Below, in pieces: positions 25,888-39,092 of a stretch of DNA of 64,000 nt (its first letter is position 1; each line of letters opens with the position of its first letter). A model generated the notes under the pieces. The model had not been told where the DNA came from. It was given only the letters and a program-made list of their open reading frames with translations, and did no database searches. Source of the stretch: Eledone cirrhosa. Lineage: Eukaryota. Position numbers and translations under genes: made by a program. The stretch covers positions 394,320,001 through 394,384,000 of the forward strand of contig OZ024741.1 of the NCBI GenBank assembly GCA_964016885.1, given 5' to 3'.

Positions 25888-26943
25888 CCTTGACTTACAC
25901 CTATTTTATTCATTTCTTCATTTCCTCTACCTTGAATACTCTCTCTTATTTTAACCACGAACACACTCTTATTTTACACACCCTGGACATATTGACTGTG
26001 GGTTTTTCCATTTTTAGGATCTCAATTACTGGACATGCTCACAGGTGCGGTCAGACTATAGTTATGCTTTCTGCAAGCTCATTGAAATGCATTCACACTG
26101 GCTATGTTACATATTCAACACTTATTTTATTTTATTTTATTTTATTTTACCCCCTTATTCTATTTTACACCTATATTATTCACTTATTGACTTCTTCATT
26201 TCCTGAACACTCTCTCTTATTTTAACCACCCTGGACCTTTACCACATACTTTCAATACTTATTTTATATCACACCTATATTTTTATTTTTCACTCATTTA
26301 CTGAGTCCTCTTAATCCTTAACCCACCCATATATGTATGTTTTTGTAGATGACCATGTGTGTGTATGCATACAATTGTATGACCGTAATTACGCGCTTAT
26401 GTATGTATGTATTTGTATGTACGTGTGTATGTATGTATATGTATGTTTATGTAAGTGTGTATATGTATGTGTGCGTTTGTATATGTATATAATTTTTATT
26501 TATATACATATATGTATGTATATATATATGTATATATGTGTGTGTATGTATGTATGTATGTATACGTATGTATACATGTCGGGTCACTCTTGAGTGCTAC
26601 TGGTAACATGTAACCCAGTACAACCTGTCGTATGGTCGGGTCGTCGGCGACTAAACCGGCAACCCCACCAAGTTTACTTGGTGAGGGAGTGATTTTGGAC
26701 ACCCTGCAGGACAATAAACAAAACCTGACAAAGGGTGGAAGAACTCATAAGAGTCAACGGCCATCCAAAGATGTGTAAATATGTATATGCACATGTACAT
26801 ATGTATGTATATGTGTATATACATGGGTGCATGTGTATATATATGCGCGGGGACATAGAAATAGTCGGGCTGGACACCTGATTGCGTGGTTAAACCACTA
26901 GGAGTGAAGGAGCCCTAGCCTTTGTCAGGGCATTCTTCTAGGA

Positions 26944-27629
26944 CAAAGGTTCTCAACGGGAGGCATATGCACCCCCGGGGGGCGTTTCGGAACTCGGGGG
27001 GGGGGGCGTTTGGCGCTGGAAGGCTCTTTATTTTGGTAAGTTTTATAAGCCATATTTGTTTGTCTTTGAGACAGCCAGTGTGAATGCATTTGAATGAGCT
27101 TGCAGACACCATAACTATAGTCTGACCGCACCTGTGAGCAGGTGTGCAGGCATGTCCGGTAATTGAGATCCTAAAAATGGGAAAACCCACAGTCAACTGG
27201 GTCAAAGACACTTTGAACGCAGCCAGTTAGAATCTTATCTTTCCTTCACCGATAACAATGTATTTCATGTCTGAAATTATTGACTCAACCGCAACGAGTT
27301 AACACTATGTAGATCTATTTTATTCCCTATTGTATAAATAATATTACAAATAAAAAAAAGAAAAGAAAAAACACACATCTAGGACCACATACAACACATA
27401 ATCAGGTAATACACACATCTAGGACCACATACAACACATAATCAGGTAATACACACATCTTTGGAATATTGTTAATCAATTTTTTAGTAATCTACTGATA
27501 TAAAAATCAGTAGTATATTGAAAAATGGAAAAATAGAGAGGGGGGGGGGCGTTTCGTGATTTCGAGGGACAAAAGGGTTGAGAACCTGTGTTCTCAACCC
27601 TTTTGGCCTAAATGGGTTGAGAACCTGCG
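26944..27629. mobile_element. Non-autonomous hAT (Charlie-like) DNA transposon / MITE
   Basis: 8-bp TSD TTCTAGGA at 26936-26943 and 27630-27637. Imperfect TIRs CAAAGGTTCTCAAC / GTTGAGAACCTGCG. Confidence 0.85.
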
Positions 27630-27893
27630 TTCTAGGAGAAGGCAACTCAGGAAACTGGGATAACTCCGATATAAAACCTGCGGCTCAGTAGTTACCGATG
27701 ATGTTGATCTTTTCTTCTTTTCGGGTTATAGCTACTGTCGCTCAGAGAGTGGGATTGGCTCAGTGCACAGTCTTTCCACACTTTAAAAAATATCGTGCAG
27801 GCATTGCACGATAGAATTAATTAATAATTATTAATAATGGTATATCGTGGAATGGCCATACCCGATAAACAGGGGGCAGCCATCATACGTATG

Positions 27894-27924
<31 letters not shown>

Positions 27925-28856
27925 TTGCATGTATACATGTGTGTGTATATTTGCATGCTTCCATATGTTTATATTTTCACTGGACGCACAGTCGTATGTA
28001 TCTGTATGTAGTTTTGCGTATGTGATTGTATTTATGTATAAGTTTATCTTTAGTGTGTGACACCGTGTATCGTTTTGTCCGACCGCTTATTTATATTTTT
28101 ATTTTTCCCTATGTATTTGCGTATGTATATGTTTGCAGACTAGTGTGTTTATAGGCTTGTGTCTATGCCATGTGTATATATGTATGTGCACGCGTATTTG
28201 TTATAATTATATATGTATATTTATATACTTTTTTTCTTATAAGTTCGCAGTCTTCCCATATATATACATATATACATATATATTAAAATTTATAATATTT
28301 ATAATATTTATATATTAAAATTTAATATATACATATATATTAAAATATACATATATACATATATATACATATATACATATATACATATATATTAAAATTC
28401 TTTGACATAATCATTGAATATTGTTTAACAATTTAATATATATACATATATATATATATATATAAATTCAATATATTAATAAATGGAAACTATATTTATA
28501 AAATCATAATTATTTTATTATATATATTTCAAGGGCAACCAAGGCAAATTATGGTGCGCTTTCATCAGATAAAATACAGATTTGTTTTATAAATAAATAT
28601 TGATATACCCAGAAAAAAAGACAACCTTAACGGTTGAAGTTCCCTGGATGGTGGAGATAATATTTTATTGAGGGTGATACAAAGTTATGAGTAAGTATGC
28701 AAATGAGTGTCAGAAAAATTGAAAAAACAACGGTTTATTTAAATTAAACTGTTGGAAGAAAGGAGATGTAAAAGGGAGAGGGAAAAATATTGAGAGGGAG
28801 AGAGAAAAATGTTTAAGCTTGTTGAATTGAATCCCAACAAATTAAATATAACCTCT

Positions 28857-28917
<61 letters not shown>

Positions 28918-28921
<4 letters not shown>

Positions 28922-29224
28922 AACGAGTAGGACCCCGACGGCTGAGCTAGCTCCTATTCCCGTAGTAGAGCACTTTCCGACCCTATAACGCCGTATCCAG
29001 ACTTTTCCGCTAAGCTCAAGTTCTTTCACCCGCACCATGCGAAAACACAACATCGACTTCTCCACCAAGAACATTCCAGTTCCACCGAAAAAACTTTACC
29101 TTCTCGAAACGGCTTGACCTCAGCCGTCGGGGCCCTACTCGTTCCTATTACCCACTCTACTACCCTAAGTATTGAGTACTTTGGTGCGTTATGGTCCACC
29201 TAGTTCCTTACCACATTTCCTTCG

Positions 29225-29226
<2 letters not shown>
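28918..29226 (+). mobile_element. Short hairpin-plus-tail element in (TA)n, same family as 44201-44400
   Basis: Inverted arms ATAGGAACGAGTAGGACCCCGACGGCTGAG / CTCAGCCGTCGGGGCCCTACTCGTTCCTAT. The tail matches the reverse complement of 44201-44281. The 3' half of an HHR is present (GAAA-CGGCT..AGCCG-TC). Confidence 0.75.
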
Positions 29227-29320
<94 letters not shown>

Positions 29321-29679
29321 GTTTGTGTATATATGTATATATCTATATATGTATGTATGTGTATGTGTATATATGTATATGTGTATATATGAGTATGTGC
29401 CTGTATATATATATGTTTGTGTATATATATATGCGTGTATATATATATATATATTTCACTTATATCTGAATGTGTGTATATGTATATGTATATACACATG
29501 CTTTTATATTTTTATATATATTTTTATATATTATTTTTCTTACTTTTTTGTATATTTTTTCTCATGTATATTTTCCGTTATTTTTCCAGCCTCACTTCCA
29601 ATTTTTTCAGATTTTAACTCTCATTTCATATTTTCTGTTCATAACATCTCTGTCTGATGACATCTCTGTCTGATGACAT

Positions 29680-29747
29680 CTCTGTCTGATGACCGATCCA
29701 GACGTATATTAATATTGCCTAGGGTCCTGAAACCTTTGGTAATGGAG
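29680..29747 (+). ncRNA. Hammerhead ribozyme motif
   Basis: CTCTGT-CTGATGA...GAAA-CC ttt GG-TA-ATGGAG. Stem I has wobble pairs and stem II is imperfect. Confidence 0.6.
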
Positions 29748-30097
29748 TAGTTATATATTATGTTGTTCACTTTCTAATTAAATAGCTCTGTTCTATACAT
29801 AGAGCACTCTTTTTTTTGTTTGTCCTTTCTTCGGAATTACCTAACACACACACACATATATATATATCTATATTACTAAAACAGCGAATATCTGTTTGTC
29901 TGTCTGTCTGTACAATCACTAAAACTCGAGAACCACCCAACCGATTGTTTTCAAACTTTACACATGTAATACTTACGGTCCTATTGAGTGTTCTGAGAAA
30001 AAAAAAATCAAATTTTCAATGCCCTAGGGACTGCATTAGGCGATTTAGCGATCTCTTTCTCTCTCTCTCTCTTGGTCTTTCTCTTTTTAGATAGATA

Positions 30098-30361
30098 TAA
30101 AGGAAAGGGATGTTTCTCTTTGTCGAATAAATAAATGCACAATCAAGTCTAACAATCTTTTTATTTAATGCAATAATTTAGTAAATTTCCTACAACGTCA
30201 ATATTTTGAGGAGCGGATCTTTCCACGTCTGTTCATGTCCGTGGTCCAAAAAGAGTCAGTGAACCTGTGGCTGTGTCCGGGTGTATTTTTGCCTCCGCTC
30301 CCTGAAGGGTTGTTAAGGGGAGGCAACTGCTAGTTGCCAAGCGACCATCTCAGCCACTACA
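30098..30361 (-). repeat. 3' LTR
   Basis: Matches 35293-35556 with 3 substitutions seen by eye. Confidence 0.95.
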
Positions 30362-30823
30362 TTCACCTCGGAGCAGATATTTTGTCGAAAAATCGTTAAC
30401 AATGAAGCGAAGGTAGTTTACAAAATGTAGAAGAATGTATCCACAAATTAAAAAAAATAATAATAAATAGGTTCATGTCTGCAAGCATTAACACAGAAAA
30501 AAAAAAAAGAAAAAAAAACGTACAGTAAAAGATGCGAAATGCATGAAAAGATAACACTCTTCGCAATAAAGGGGCCCCAGATGCGATAAACAAGAAAAAA
30601 AATGTTTTGCTAGGCAATGAAAATGCCATATGTAGCATAGTTATAAAAATGCACTAAAAAAAAAAATGGACTGTGTCAGAATTGACAACAGTCGTAATGT
30701 TACGCAAAATATAATATATTGACACTGCCGTAGGCAGTCAAGAATCAAAAAGTAACAAAATGTAATGTACAACAAAAACAATTGGAAGGAAAAAAACAAA
30801 AAAAAACAAAAATACAATTCAGT

Positions 30824-33800
30824 TTATATTACTGCATAGCTTACGGGGCCAATGCACCCTTCGCCCAGAACGGGTCGTAGTTCTGTGTGTTGATGGTGGG
30901 GGGGGGGGGAAGAAATAGGCCTGTGTGGCAAAGAAAAAGAGGGGGGCATTTGAGTTTCAAGTGTCATTGAGTCATTGTCCAGGTTTGCTCGTTTGAGACG
31001 ATCAACGGAAACCGTTTCCCTGGGACCCCGAATGTCCAGTGTGAAATGTTTGTCTGTGCGAGCAAGCACACGATAGGGTCCAGAGTACGGCCGTTGAAGA
31101 GGGGGTCTCACGGCGTCGTCTCTAACGGACACATGGGTCCACAAGGCAATATCCCTTGGGACGGCAGTTTTTACAGTCTGCTTCCTAGTGCCCATCGGTG
31201 GTAGATCCTTGAAATAAGAGTGAAGCCGGGACACGTAGGAAGCGGGGTCCTGCGAAGTCAGGTCAAAAGGGGCCAGCATTTGCCCCGGTAACGCCAGAGG
31301 CGTACCATAAACTAATTCGGCAGAGGAGAACCCAAGGTCCACCTTTACTGTCGACCGAATACCCAACAATACAATGGGTAGGTACTCGCTCCAACGTGAA
31401 GAGTCCATGGAAGCCCTTAAGGAGGCTTTGAGCTGCCTGTGGAATCTTTCCACCATTCCGTTTGAGGCTGGGTGGTAAGCCGTGGTTCTTATTCGAGTAG
31501 CCCCCAGGATTTGGGTTAGTTCTCGGAAGAGGTTAGACTCAAATTGACGACCACGATCCGTTGTTATGGTGGATGGTACACCGAAACGAGCGATCCATGA
31601 AGATACGAGAGTACGGGCTGTGGTTTCAGCGGTGATATCTGTTATAGGGACGGCTTCAGGCCAACGCGAAAAACGGTCAACAATCGTCAAAAGATACGAA
31701 AAACCACGACTAACCGGCCACGGGCCGACGATGTCCACATGAATGTGACGAAATCTTGCATCGGGGCAGGTGAAGGTTCCGAGAGGAGCCTTAACATGTC
31801 TATGAACTTTCGCTTGTTGGCAAGCGACACAGGAACGACACCAAGCAGCAATGTCACGTCTCATACCAGGCCAGAAAAATCTGGCTGTTATGAGTTTTAC
31901 TGAGGCTGATACTCCTGGGTGAGAAATGCCATGTAAAGCGAGAAACGCAGTTCGTCGATGTTTCACTGGGACTAGAGGTCGTGGTGAGTCCAACGAAACA
32001 TCACACAGTATCTGTCCGTCAGCAGTTGAGATCGGAATGTATTTCAGTTTGCAATGTACAAACTCTGGCGATGTAACATCCAACGATTCGAGAGTGGGTT
32101 GGGCAGCTGCCATTCGATGTAAATCTATCTCCTCGGAAGACGAAATCGATGCGATCGGCAGGCGAGACAGCGCATCGGCCGCTGTATTCAAAGAACCCGG
32201 AATATGTTGAATGTCGTTCGTGAACTGTGAGATGAAGTCCAGATGTCTCGTTTCTCTGGGCGAGTATTTGTCTGCCTTAGTTCGAAGAGCAAACGTCAAG
32301 GGTTTATGATCAGTGAAAATGGTGAATGTTCTACCTTCAAGTACATGAGCAAAATGTTTCACTGATAAATAAATTGCTAATAGCTCCCTTCCAAAGGTGC
32401 TATAGCGAGTTTCGGCAGGCTTTAACTTCCTCGAAAAGAACTCGAGTGGTTGCTGTACCCCATCACACTTTTGCTGTAAGACTGCGCCCACGGCGCTATC
32501 CGAAGCATCAACACAGAGCGATAGCTCGGCGTTGGGTACTGGGTGGGCGAGCAAAGACGCGTTCGCTAACGCCTTTTTCACTTTTTTAAAATCATCAAGC
32601 TGCGTTTTATTTAAGGAAATGTCCATATTCTTACGCCGGCAACCCTTAAAAATCTCTGTCAACGAGAACAGCAATTTGGAACAACCAGGTACGAATCGCC
32701 TATAAAAATTTACAAGGCCCAGGAATTGACGCAATTGTCGCAGTGAACTTGGCGGAGGCAAACCCGATACTGCCTTAACCTTCTCAGGAAGAGGTCGAAT
32801 ACCATCGGCGTCAATCAGATGGCCTAAAAATGTTAGTGAAGTCGAGCCGAAAACACACTTGGAAGCATTAATACGAACATTATATCTCTGTAAACGACGA
32901 AATACGAGTTCCAGATGCTTTGAATGCTGCTGAGGGGAAGAACTAGCAATCAACACGTCATCGATATACGTGTACACAAAATCCAGGCCCCGAGTAATAT
33001 CATCCATAAATCGTTGGAAGGTACTTGCAGCATTTCTAAGGCCGAAAGGCATAGTGAGGAACTCGAATGATCCGAAAGGAGTGGCAATAGCAGTCTTTGG
33101 GATATCCTCCTTGTTAACCGGAATTTGATTATAAGCGCGGATCAAATCAAGCTTAGAAAAGATTCTGCAACCCTGCAATGACGATGCAAAATCCTGCAAA
33201 TGCGGGATTGGATAACGGTCAGGCACAGTAATCGCGTTTAAGCGTCGGTAGTCACCCGTCGGTCTCCAATCCCCAGAAGATCTAGGTACCATATGTAGAG
33301 GCGATGCCCAAGGACTTGTGGAGCGCCGAATTATTCCCAATTCCAGCATGTGGTCGAATTCAAGACGTGCAGCTTTCAACTTCTCTGTAGATAACCTTCG
33401 AGGACGTGAGAAAACAGGTGGACCTGTAGTGGATATGAAGTGTTCAATCGCATGATCCGGGCTAGTTATTCGTAACTTTCCCTGCGTCAACTGAGGGAAT
33501 GAATGTAACAGGCTTTGATACTGGTTGCCCACTTCAGCCAAGAAAAAGGAAGGGCTGATAGTGGCGACGTCCGGCTCTGAACCCTCGAAAGAAAGGCCTG
33601 TTTCAGCATCAACAAGGCGTTATCTGCGAATGTCCACCAACAAGGAAAAATGGTGGAGAAAATCCGCTCCCAAAATGGCGTATGGCAAGTCGGCGATAGT
33701 AAACTTCCACTTCAAATCACGCCGCAAATTTTTTAACCGAAGAGGAAGCGAAATTTGCCCATACGTTCGAATGGCCGTGTGGTTGACTGCTCGTAGATTT

Positions 33801-33976
33801 ATATTTGCTTCGGCTGGGCTTTTTTTGAGATAACTGACTGGCCAAATACTCAGCGACGCGCCAGTATCGACAAGGAAAAATTTTTTTGACCGCAGGTCGT
33901 ATACGAAAAGATGGCGGTTCGGTCGGTTTTCCCAGAGTTCACTAGCCGCTCCTAGTGGCTGTGCTTTGCGTTTCCC
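30824..33976 (-). pseudogene. pol: Gypsy pol (protease, RT, RNase H, integrase) with one premature TAA at 33620-33622; 905-aa RT-RH-IN part open
   Basis: FLVDTGAS and ILGADFL (protease). YIDD (RT). VDASD, ELLAI, TDH (RNase H). HHCC, DDE and GPY motif (integrase). Confidence 0.93.
33940..33976 (-). promoter_or_regulatory. -1 ribosomal frameshift signal between gag and pol
   Basis: G GGA AAC heptamer in the gag frame (33976-33970), pol in the -1 frame, downstream hairpin CACTAG gagcgg CTAGTG. Confidence 0.75.
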
Positions 33977-34737
33977 GATCTCTTGTAATCACAGGGCGTG
34001 CGACAACGTTGCGCCCTACTGCCGAAGTTAGCATGATACCAACACAACGAAGAATTATTGTTGTCTGCGTTGTAGTGCTGGCGATGAATAGAGGACGGCG
34101 GCGAACGATACCTCAAACGTTGAGAAGGCTCTCTGTGATGTACCGTCAAATCTTCTACCTTTTTGGTGACAGCTTCAATCAACTCCAACAGTTTGCCGTC
34201 GGCCACAGAAGAACTGCGTGGAGGGACGCAAGCTGAAGCCACATAAGGATTATGCTGATTGCTGTTCGAGTCCACCTCAAGTATCTTATCCGCGGACGCG
34301 GCAAGTTGCTCTAGCGACTCCTTCTCTAAACTATTGACCAATATCCTTTGCGCACTTGGTGGTAGACGTGAGAAAAAAAGTTGCTTTATGAAGGGGGTGT
34401 CAATCCCCTGGGAGTCGCTCAACTCCCGCAAATGTCGCAAATAGGAGCTCGGCTTCCTGTCACCCATTTGAGCATCGTCCAACAACTCCCGAAAACGGCT
34501 CTCTACCGACTTGGTATTTCTGCGAAGAATTTCTTTTTTTAATGAGCCGTAGGTAACGTCGGCGTCTAAATCCGTCACAACGTCCTTCACCGAGAATGCC
34601 AAGGAAACAGGTAGGCCATTGATCAGGACCTTCAGCTTATGCTGTTCCTTTGTCTTCGTCAATTCAAAGAAACATTCCAGCTGCGCAAACCACAACTTGA
34701 TGTCGCCTGCGAAGGACGGCAAATGATGTTGACTCAT
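33952..34737 (-). CDS. gag: Gypsy Gag, 261 aa
   Basis: LWFAQLECFF, MGDRKPSSYLRHL, and C-terminal CWYHANFGSRAQRCRTPC (Cx2Hx9Cx3C). Confidence 0.92.
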   Translation of the reverse strand: MSQHHLPSFAGDIKLWFAQLECFFELTKTKEQHKLKVLINGLPVSLAFSVKDVVTDLDADVTYGSLKKEILRRNTKSVESRFRELLDDAQMGDRKPSSYLRHLRELSDSQGIDTPFIKQLFFSRLPPSAQRILVNSLEKESLEQLAASADKILEVDSNSNQHNPYVASACVPPRSSSVADGKLLELIEAVTKKVEDLTVHHREPSQRLRYRSPPSSIHRQHYNADNNNSSLCWYHANFGSRAQRCRTPCDYKRSGNAKHSH

Positions 34738-35292
34738 GGTGCCACGTATTTGATGACTTTTTGGTGTTGGTCAATAGTTAGCCAGGTGTTGCTGCTGATT
34801 GCTGGTAATTGGTGGTAGCCGTTTTGAAATACTGCTAATTTTTTTTCTTTAAAAAAAAAATATTCTAAAGAAAATTTTAATAATAAAAAAAATCATTTTC
34901 TATGAAAATTAATGGTAAGAAAATCCAAGATGGCTGATTTAAAAATGTGTCCGTGATGAAGAAGCCGTCATGTGGCACGATGCAGCCAATCAGATGGCTG
35001 GGATTGGAGAAGACAAGCTGAACGCGGGAAAACGAAATATCTCCATTTGTAATTTCCACAGAATGTTGGAAGCAAAATTCTATATCCAGAGAAATCCTTT
35101 ATTTTTTTTTTTGTGTGTTGTATTTTTGTGTTTGTCTGTATGCGTGCTACAACAAATAGAATATAATGAATTTTATGGACTTACGCTAAGTGATTCGGAC
35201 ATTCCAAATGTTAAGCCATTCCACATTGCCGTTAAAAAGAATTTCGGACTCCAATAGGCTGCGTTTTCATTCTTTATCGTCAGGGTCGCCAA

Positions 35293-35556
35293 TAAAGGAA
35301 AGGGATGTTTCTCTTTGTCGAATAAATAAATGAACAATCAAGTCTAACAATCATTTTATTTAATGCAATAATTTAGTAAATTTCCTACAACGTCAATATT
35401 TTGAGGAGCGGATCTTTCCACGTCTGTTCATGTCCGTGGTCCAAAAAGAGTCAGTGAACCTGTGGCTGTGTCCGGGTGTATTTTTGCCTCCGCTCCCTGG
35501 AGGGTTGTTAAGGGGAGGCAACTGCTAGTTGCCAAGCGACCATCTCAGCCACTACA
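35293..35556 (-). repeat. 5' LTR
   Basis: Begins TGTAGTGG on the minus strand and is followed by the PBS. Confidence 0.95.
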
Positions 35557-35864
35557 GATACATAGATATGACGTTGCACCCTTATAATATCTGTCTGTAT
35601 ATAATTATATATTCGTGTACAGATATTTTTGCACACACAATAACAAAATATAAACAAACGTATTTATTTCACGAGGATCGATAAGGATAAATATATATCA
35701 TTTTTGGATACACAATAACAAAATATAAACAAAAGTATTTATTTCGCGATAAAGTATTGATTTTCTTGGCACGGAAAAAACCCTGGTAATCTACGACGAA
35801 TTTGTTTTATAAGCACAAAATGTAGACACCATCCCGAGGCCGAGGTATTCCGTACTTCTCTGTA

Positions 35865-35893
<29 letters not shown>

Positions 35894-35901
<8 letters not shown>

Positions 35902-38794
35902 ATACTTGGGGAGGGTCATATTTGCGTAATATTGCCAGAATTAATAACAGAACACACTCACTGTTTGGTTGGTTTTCGCTTCTCGCTGTCTTTTATATCT
36001 GCGATCTAACTTACTCGGTCCTCAATGTTGCCATTGACTGACCGACGGTCAAAAATAATACAGATACAATATAGACACAAACACATATATATAGTTTACA
36101 TAATTTACATAAATCTTTCGTTGCACATCTGCAACATCGTCAGTGGTGTTATATTCTTTTTTCCTCCTGTTGTGTTGTATGTCTACGCCAATTTTTTATT
36201 CAGTCTGTCTATATATTTATTTATTTATTTGCTTGTTTGTTTATTTTATTTTATTTTGTCTTCTTTGCGCATGCGTTTGCGTGTGTGTATAGTGTTATGT
36301 GTGCTGTGTGACTAGTGTGTATAGTGTTGTGTCTGCTGGGTGACTAGTGTGTGTTTATGTACTTGTTGTTATTGTGCTTGTGTATGTATTTATTTATCTT
36401 ATTTTATTTTATTTTATTTTATTTACTTATTTATACTTCTCTTAGGTCAGTGTTGTTTGTTTGGGTGTTGTTGTTGTTCCATTCATTCTTTCTGTTTAGC
36501 TTTGGTCTTCTAATTTCTATTTCACTGGCCTCTCTGATTTGCCTATCTGCTGAGTCATTCCTATGTTTAGATATTATTCTAATTTCTATGTTGTCTATGT
36601 TACCGTCATGTTGTTGTCTAGCATGTTCGTATAGTACTGACCCGTTTTTTCGTCCTTTTAGTTCCCCCCAGTGTTGGTCTATCCTTTCACCTATGCTACG
36701 AGGTGTCTCACCTATGTATGTTGTTGTCATGTTTCTGCAAGTACCCTCTGTACATCTTATGCTATAGACTACGTTTCTAGTTTTACAGTTTATCCGGGGG
36801 TTCACCTTACATATGATACATTTCCTATTGGTACAGTGGGTTTTCTTAAAAGGGTAGGTTTTGCTGATCAGGGATTTTATGGTGGTTCCTGGCTTTTCTA
36901 CCACCTTTATTTTTAAGTGGGTCTTTCTCAGGGCCTGTCTACACTGGTTAGCTAATTTCCCTCCAGGGGTGGCGTCCACAAACATGACACTCTGATATCT
37001 CTGGTTGTCGTACCATGATGTGGCCTTCCCTATCTTATGTCTAGCCCTATCTAAGCTATTCCATGATTTGCTCCTGTATAGTGGGCAAATTCCTTTCATG
37101 TCCAGTTCTATGAGGGTCTTATACTTTTCCATGGCTCCTTCGTATACTCTGACTCTGTCTCTTTGGTTGTAGCCAGAGAACTGCATGCGGTTGAGGAAGT
37201 GTTGGATGTGTCTTTCCATTTCTGTTGGGTCGCACATGCTGGACACATTCTTCATCACTCGTACCAAATCTGCGATCAGAATATTAAACTTAGCACTACT
37301 GGACATTGCTGAGTTTTTGAGTATCAGGTATTTGGAGGCCATGGCTTTAGCATAGTGTGAGTGGAGAATTTGGGCTCTCTCGTCTATAGTGTTAATCCAG
37401 AGTTCTGTGTCTAATACAGGTAGTCTATTGTTAGGGTGTTTGGAAGGGAAGTCGATAGTTACAGTTATACTCTGGTGTATGGAATTAGCTATCTGCTGGA
37501 TGCTTTCCATCGTGCTACGTTCTAAATCAAACTTGTTAGTGCTCTCTAGTGGGGGTGTTCTTATAACTATATTGATATCGTCTACATAACGAGAGTACAT
37601 GATGAGGTCTATGGAGCTTTCATTAAGGAGATCTTTAAGTCTCCTTTCCCACCATACCATGAAAAGGTTGGCAACATCACCAGCTATGCTGACGCCGATG
37701 GCTGCTCCCTCATTTTGGGTGTAGATTTTCTCATTGAACTTAAATATGACCTTAGATGTTTCTGCCCTAGTAGACCTATAAGAGGTAGACCCCCCACCAT
37801 AACCTCAATGGCAAAAAAGACTCCCATAGGAAGGTGGATTGGGTGGACCAAAGCTATACGGACCCCCCAAAACACTGATCAGGTAAGAAAAATGGTCGCA
37901 CATGCAATAGGGTCTAGTATCAAAACTACCCTAAAGGGCCACATATTTAAGTTCAATGAGAAAATCTACACCCAAAATGAGAGAGCAGCCATCGTAGCAT
38001 AGGTGAAAGGATAGACCAACACTGGGGGGGAACTAAAAGGACGAAAAAACGGGTCAGTACTATACGAACATGCTAGACAACAACATGACGGTAACATAGA
38101 CAACATAGAAATTAGAATAATATCTAAACATAGGAATGACCCAGCAGATAGGCAAATCAGAGAGAACAGTGAAATAGAAATTAGAAGACCAAAGCTAAAC
38201 AGAAAGAATGAGTGGAACAACAACAACACCCAAACAAACAACACTGACCTAAGAGAAGTATAAATAAGTAAATAAAATAAAATAAAATAAGATAAATAAA
38301 TACATACACAAGCACAATAACAACAAGCACATAAACACACACTAGTCACCCAGCAGACACAACACTATACACACTAGTCACACAGCACACATAACACTAT
38401 ACACACACGCAAACGCATGCGCAAAGAAGACAAAATAAAATAAAATAAACAAACAAGCAAATAAATAAATAAATATATAGACAGACTGAATAAAAAATGG
38501 CGTAGACATACAACACAACAGGAGGAAAAAAGAATATAACACCACTGACGATGTTGCAGATGTGCAACGAAAGATTTATGTAAATTATGTAAACTATATA
38601 TATGTGTTTGTGTCTATATTGTATCTGTATTATTTTTGACCGTCGGCCAGTCAATGGCAACATTGAGGACCGAGTAAGTTAGATCGCAGATATAAAAGAC
38701 AGCGAGAAGCAAAAACCAACCAAACAGTGAGTGTGTTCTGTTATTAATTATGGCAATATTACGCAAATATGACCCTCCCCAAATATAACAATAT
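35894..38794. mobile_element. Penelope-like element with inverted (head-to-head) structure
   Basis: 35894-36698 mirrors 37994-38794. The RT-GIY-YIG ORF is on the minus arm. HHR-like CTGACGA-t-GTTGCA gatg TGCAAC-GAAA at 38545-38572. Confidence 0.9.
36431..37750 (-). pseudogene. 5'-truncated PLE ORF: RT core/thumb plus C-terminal GIY-YIG endonuclease (frame open)
   Basis: YTQNEGAAIG, YSRYVDD, LPVLD, Cys linker, NVVYSIRC...YIGETPRSIGERI..H, RQIREA, LN. Confidence 0.9.
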
Positions 38795-38970
38795 CTGTTT
38801 CGACACACGATTTCATATAAAAAACCTCGCTAAACTAATATATATATATATATATATACGTCAATACTCATCTTTTTCCATTTCTCCGAGGGTTCTTAAC
38901 ACCACTATCAGGCTAAATAATTTCTTTAATTTCTTTAGTCAAAATACGGCGATAGCTAACATTTCTAATA

Positions 38971-39036
<66 letters not shown>

Positions 39037-39092
39037 GTGTACAGATATTTTGCATACACAATAATAAAATATAAACAAACGTATTTATTTCA

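Larger units (their letters stand above)
30098..35556 (-). mobile_element. Full-length Ty3/Gypsy LTR retrotransposon, CsRn1-like
   Basis: 264-bp LTRs. TSD GATA at 30094-30097 and 35557-35560. PBS TGGCGACCCTGACG (tRNA-Trp-like). Gag with CHCC motif. Domain order PR-RT-RH-IN. Confidence 0.95.
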
